Part shown: piece by piece, positions 60,660 through 64,000 of the stretch
Layout of the letters: the number at the start of each line of letters is the position of its first letter
Numbering within the stretch: the first letter of the stretch is position 1
From: Phoronis australis
Taxonomy: Eukaryota > Animalia > Phoronida
DNA length: 64,000 nucleotides
Assembly (NCBI GenBank): GCA_002633005.1
Contig: NMRA01000200.1
Coordinates: 1-64,000, forward strand
Direction of reading: 5' to 3'
Translations under genes and position numbers: made by a program
The notes under the pieces: generated by a model
Told to the model about the DNA's origin: nothing
Databases searched by the model: none
The model's input: only the letters and a program-made list of their open reading frames with translations

Positions 60660-63013
60660 TCATAAAAACGAGTCGTTCACTGGAAAAAGTAAAGGCAGGA
60701 AACCAAGTCAACCCATGTGGTGGGATAAAGAATTAGAATGTGCCAAAAATGCTAAGCGTGAATCTGTAAATGGACAATAATAAATTAAAAAGAAAACAAT
60801 TCTGTGAATTATATAGACAAAAAGAGAAAAATTATGAAGCTCAGTTACTGGAAAGTATTTCCAAGAATAGGAACAACCCAAGAGTTTTGGAAATTGATCA
60901 AATTTAGTACGCAACCATCGAGGTGCGCAGCCACGTCTATTACACCACAAAAATGGCATGATTATTTTAAGAGTCTGTTTAACCAAGAAGTGTCTGTTAG
61001 CAATTCACTCATGAATACTGTTGTCGATAGGCAGGCTAGTCATGATAACTGCAGTGACAAGTGTACCCACAACATACAACGTGATTTAAATGCAGAGATT
61101 ACGTGTTCTGAAATTATCTAGAACATCGATCAGCTCCCATATGGTAAGGCCGCTGGTATTGCTGGAATTACTTTTGAAATATTAAAATGTACCAAGACAT
61201 TCATTTTGCAGATTCTGCTTAAGTTTTTCGATGTAATTTGTCCATCGGGTTTCTATCCCCATGCTTGGTGTGATACGATGTTAATTCCGTTGTTTAAACA
61301 AGGTAACGTGGACGATGAGAATAATTATAGTGGTATCTCGCTTCTGTCGGTTATTGGGAACTCTTTACCAGAATACTGAATAATCGATTGTATAACTGGG
61401 TCAAAAGTAATGGTCAACTTTTTGAAGCCCAAGCAGGGTTCCGCAAGGGTTACGCGATCATGTATTTTTGTATGCGATGTCAGAAACGCATAAACAAGAA
61501 GGGTGACAGGTTTTATTGTGCATTTATTGATTTTTCAAAAGCTTCTGATCGAGTACCACATATTTTACTTTTTCATAGACTTATGCAAATTAATGTTCAT
61601 TGTAATATGTTATCGATTCCGCGATCAAAGTAACCCAAGTTGAGATCATGTGTTAAAACACGTGATGGTTTAACACACTTATCTAATTACACTATTGGTA
61701 CTCAAGGCTGTATGATGAGCCCTCAGCTATTTGTTGTGTATTTCAATGAGTTTTCAGAAAAACTCAATTCACATAGTGACATAAATAGCATCTGCTTAGA
61801 TGAGCATGCTACAAATATTAATTCACTATTATATGCAGATGACATGGTTTTGTGCTCTCTAACAGCGTCTAACTTGCAACGTACATGTATGTTGAATTGT
61901 CTCGAGGATTATTATGATACATGGGGTATGGCTGTGAATTTAAAGAAAACCAAAATAATCATATTTAGAAATGGCAGTCCCTTAAGAGATTATGAGAAAT
62001 GGTTTTTTAACAAACAGCAAGTTGATACTGTATCTCATTATAAGTATCTTGGTATTTTTATCACACCTTCATTGTCATGGTCGAAAGCGACAAAAACTCT
62101 CTCTTGTCAAGCAAATAACGCTGCATCACGTGTTTTGAAACTACAGCGCAGATGTCGCGATATGCCCCCCATCACTTGCCTTTTAGTTATTTGATAAACT
62201 GGTGTACCCAAAATTGTGTTATGGTGCCAAGATTTGGGGTTTTAAAGAATACGAGTGTTTAGAAAAATTTCATTTAAAATTTTGGCCTTGGCGGTTCTTG
62301 CTCTAACGCTGCAGTGTTGGGTGAACGTGGCAGATACCCTATGTTTACGAGATATTTTGTTTGCTGTATTATAACTGGGCAAGCTCAGTCCGCAATTTAT
62401 TGTCAATGTATGGTTTCTATGACGTGTGGTAAACCAAGGAGTCGCGTGTCAAGAGTCGTTCGCAAATATTTTCACACAACGTGTTAAGGACTGTGCTTTG
62501 CAAAGGTGGCAATCCGATATTGATTCCAATTCTAAGTTAAACTATTACAAAAATTTAAGGTTGTATTTGAAGATGAAAACTATTTAGAAATTGATAATCT
62601 TCCAAGAGTGTTAGTGCAAAATTTTATACGTTTTTGATGTGCAAAAACCACAGACTGGCAATAGAAACTGGTCGTCATGTAAATGTGGCATATCAAGACT
62701 GATTGTGTACATTATGCTCGAGGAATTGTGTTGAGGATGAATATCACTTTTTATTAGTTTGCGACGCTTTTTCAGAAATCAGAACTAAGTTTCTAAGTGA
62801 GAGCCTCTGGACAAGTCCCTCTTTGTTTAAATTCCATAGACTGTTACATGTATGTAATCCCGATACCTCAGTTGTGAAATATGTATACTACGCATCTAAA
62901 AACGGATCAGCTTGTGTATTGCTGACTAGTGTACACAGCACCGCAAAGATCTTTTTTGCTTATTTGTTGTACTTTGGGCCGATGGTCATGTGTACAAATA
63001 AAGAAGAAGAAGA
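60660..63013 (+). mobile_element. 5'-truncated, frameshifted non-LTR retrotransposon (RT; RTE-X-like)
   Basis: Motifs across frames: PMWWDKE, GKAAGIAGI, IPLFKQG..NYSGISLLS, QAGFRKG, AFIDFSKASDRV, QGCMMSPQLF, LLYADD, YKYLG, IETGRH, and C-terminal CTLC..EDEYHFLLVC. It ends aataaa(gaa)4. The clade call is tentative. Confidence 0.9.
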
Positions 63014-64000
63014 AAACGAATTCTAGTACAGATCACATACGACGAGACATATTTGAAAACATTTCTTCTTTAACATTGCAACTGGTTTCTTCAATAAGAT
63101 TGAGTTAGGCCATATTTCCAAGTCACACAGAGAGCAGAAAAGGCTTCACAATTTCCATTGACAATACTGTGATTAAATTGAAATGTTGACAATAAGAATA
63201 TTTCTGCGGTCGAAACCAGGCTGGTAAAAACCTCTGATTTTTGACCATAAAACCAACGTTTGTTGAAACTCATTTTTGATGTTCTAAATACCAAGAGGAA
63301 CATGAAAACATGCAAAATACTCGTAAACCTTAAAATATTTCCGCAATTTCTAAGTTAGTGATACAAAACACTTCACATACCCTTTTCAAGTTTTATCTGG
63401 AGTGCCTATATGCTCTTACTACGCAAGGCGAGTGTTTGTCCGCGGGTTTCCGAGACGCAGTCCAAATAAAACACATGCGTTTGAAGTCTAACAGAAAACT
63501 CTAGAAACGGAAACATGATGTAGGTAGTACCAGTTACTCAGTGTCGGGATAACTGAATAAGAGGAATCTCTGTTTATAGGAAATATAATACAGCATCCTG
63601 CATTTAATCAGGAAACAGAAGTGATGCAATTATTGCTATTTTTCAAAATGTCTCATTTTAATTTCAGCAATTTACGACAGCAGCTTAGGAACCTGCACTG
63701 AGGTTGCGGCACGAAAAGCGGCACGTGTGCGCCTTTTTAACATAGTTTCGTAGGATAAGACTTGTACTTTTAGGTGTCCTGGTGGGAATTAGTCTCACCT
63801 GCATGGTCCGCCGTGACCCGAAATTTTATGAGCTAAACTTGGTCTGAAGAACTAACAAAATGTCAGTTCTTCTCGGGCACAGAGATCACTGTTAAACCGA
63901 GCCGAAACAAGACAGGACCACTCTTATTATGGCAAGTTGCTTAAAAAAAAAACTTTTTTTTCATAAAGCACGGATTTAATGCAGCTTTTGTTCACGCTAA

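Overview
This is an AT-rich, repeat-dense metazoan (probably marine invertebrate bilaterian) scaffold window with two assembly gaps (7745-8247, 24173-24512). No prokaryotic operon, rRNA or CRISPR array is visible. The only clear intact protein-coding gene is a class A (rhodopsin-like) peptide-receptor-type GPCR encoded by one uninterrupted ORF (56048-57325, +). The rest is mostly transposon-derived. It includes decayed retroelements (an L2/Crack-like LINE 3' end, an RTE-X-like RT remnant, and a Penelope-like GIY-YIG remnant followed by a decayed hammerhead-like motif), an internally deleted THAP-bearing Kolobok-like element, several MITEs with readable target-site duplications (3, 4, 8, 9 and 10 bp), and mini/microsatellites. 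The most striking unexplained structure is a Helentron/HINE-like repeat family, present at three loci, whose ~145-160 bp internal tandem subunits each carry a co-oriented CTCF-consensus-like motif. All family assignments come from motif recognition by eye, with no database search.
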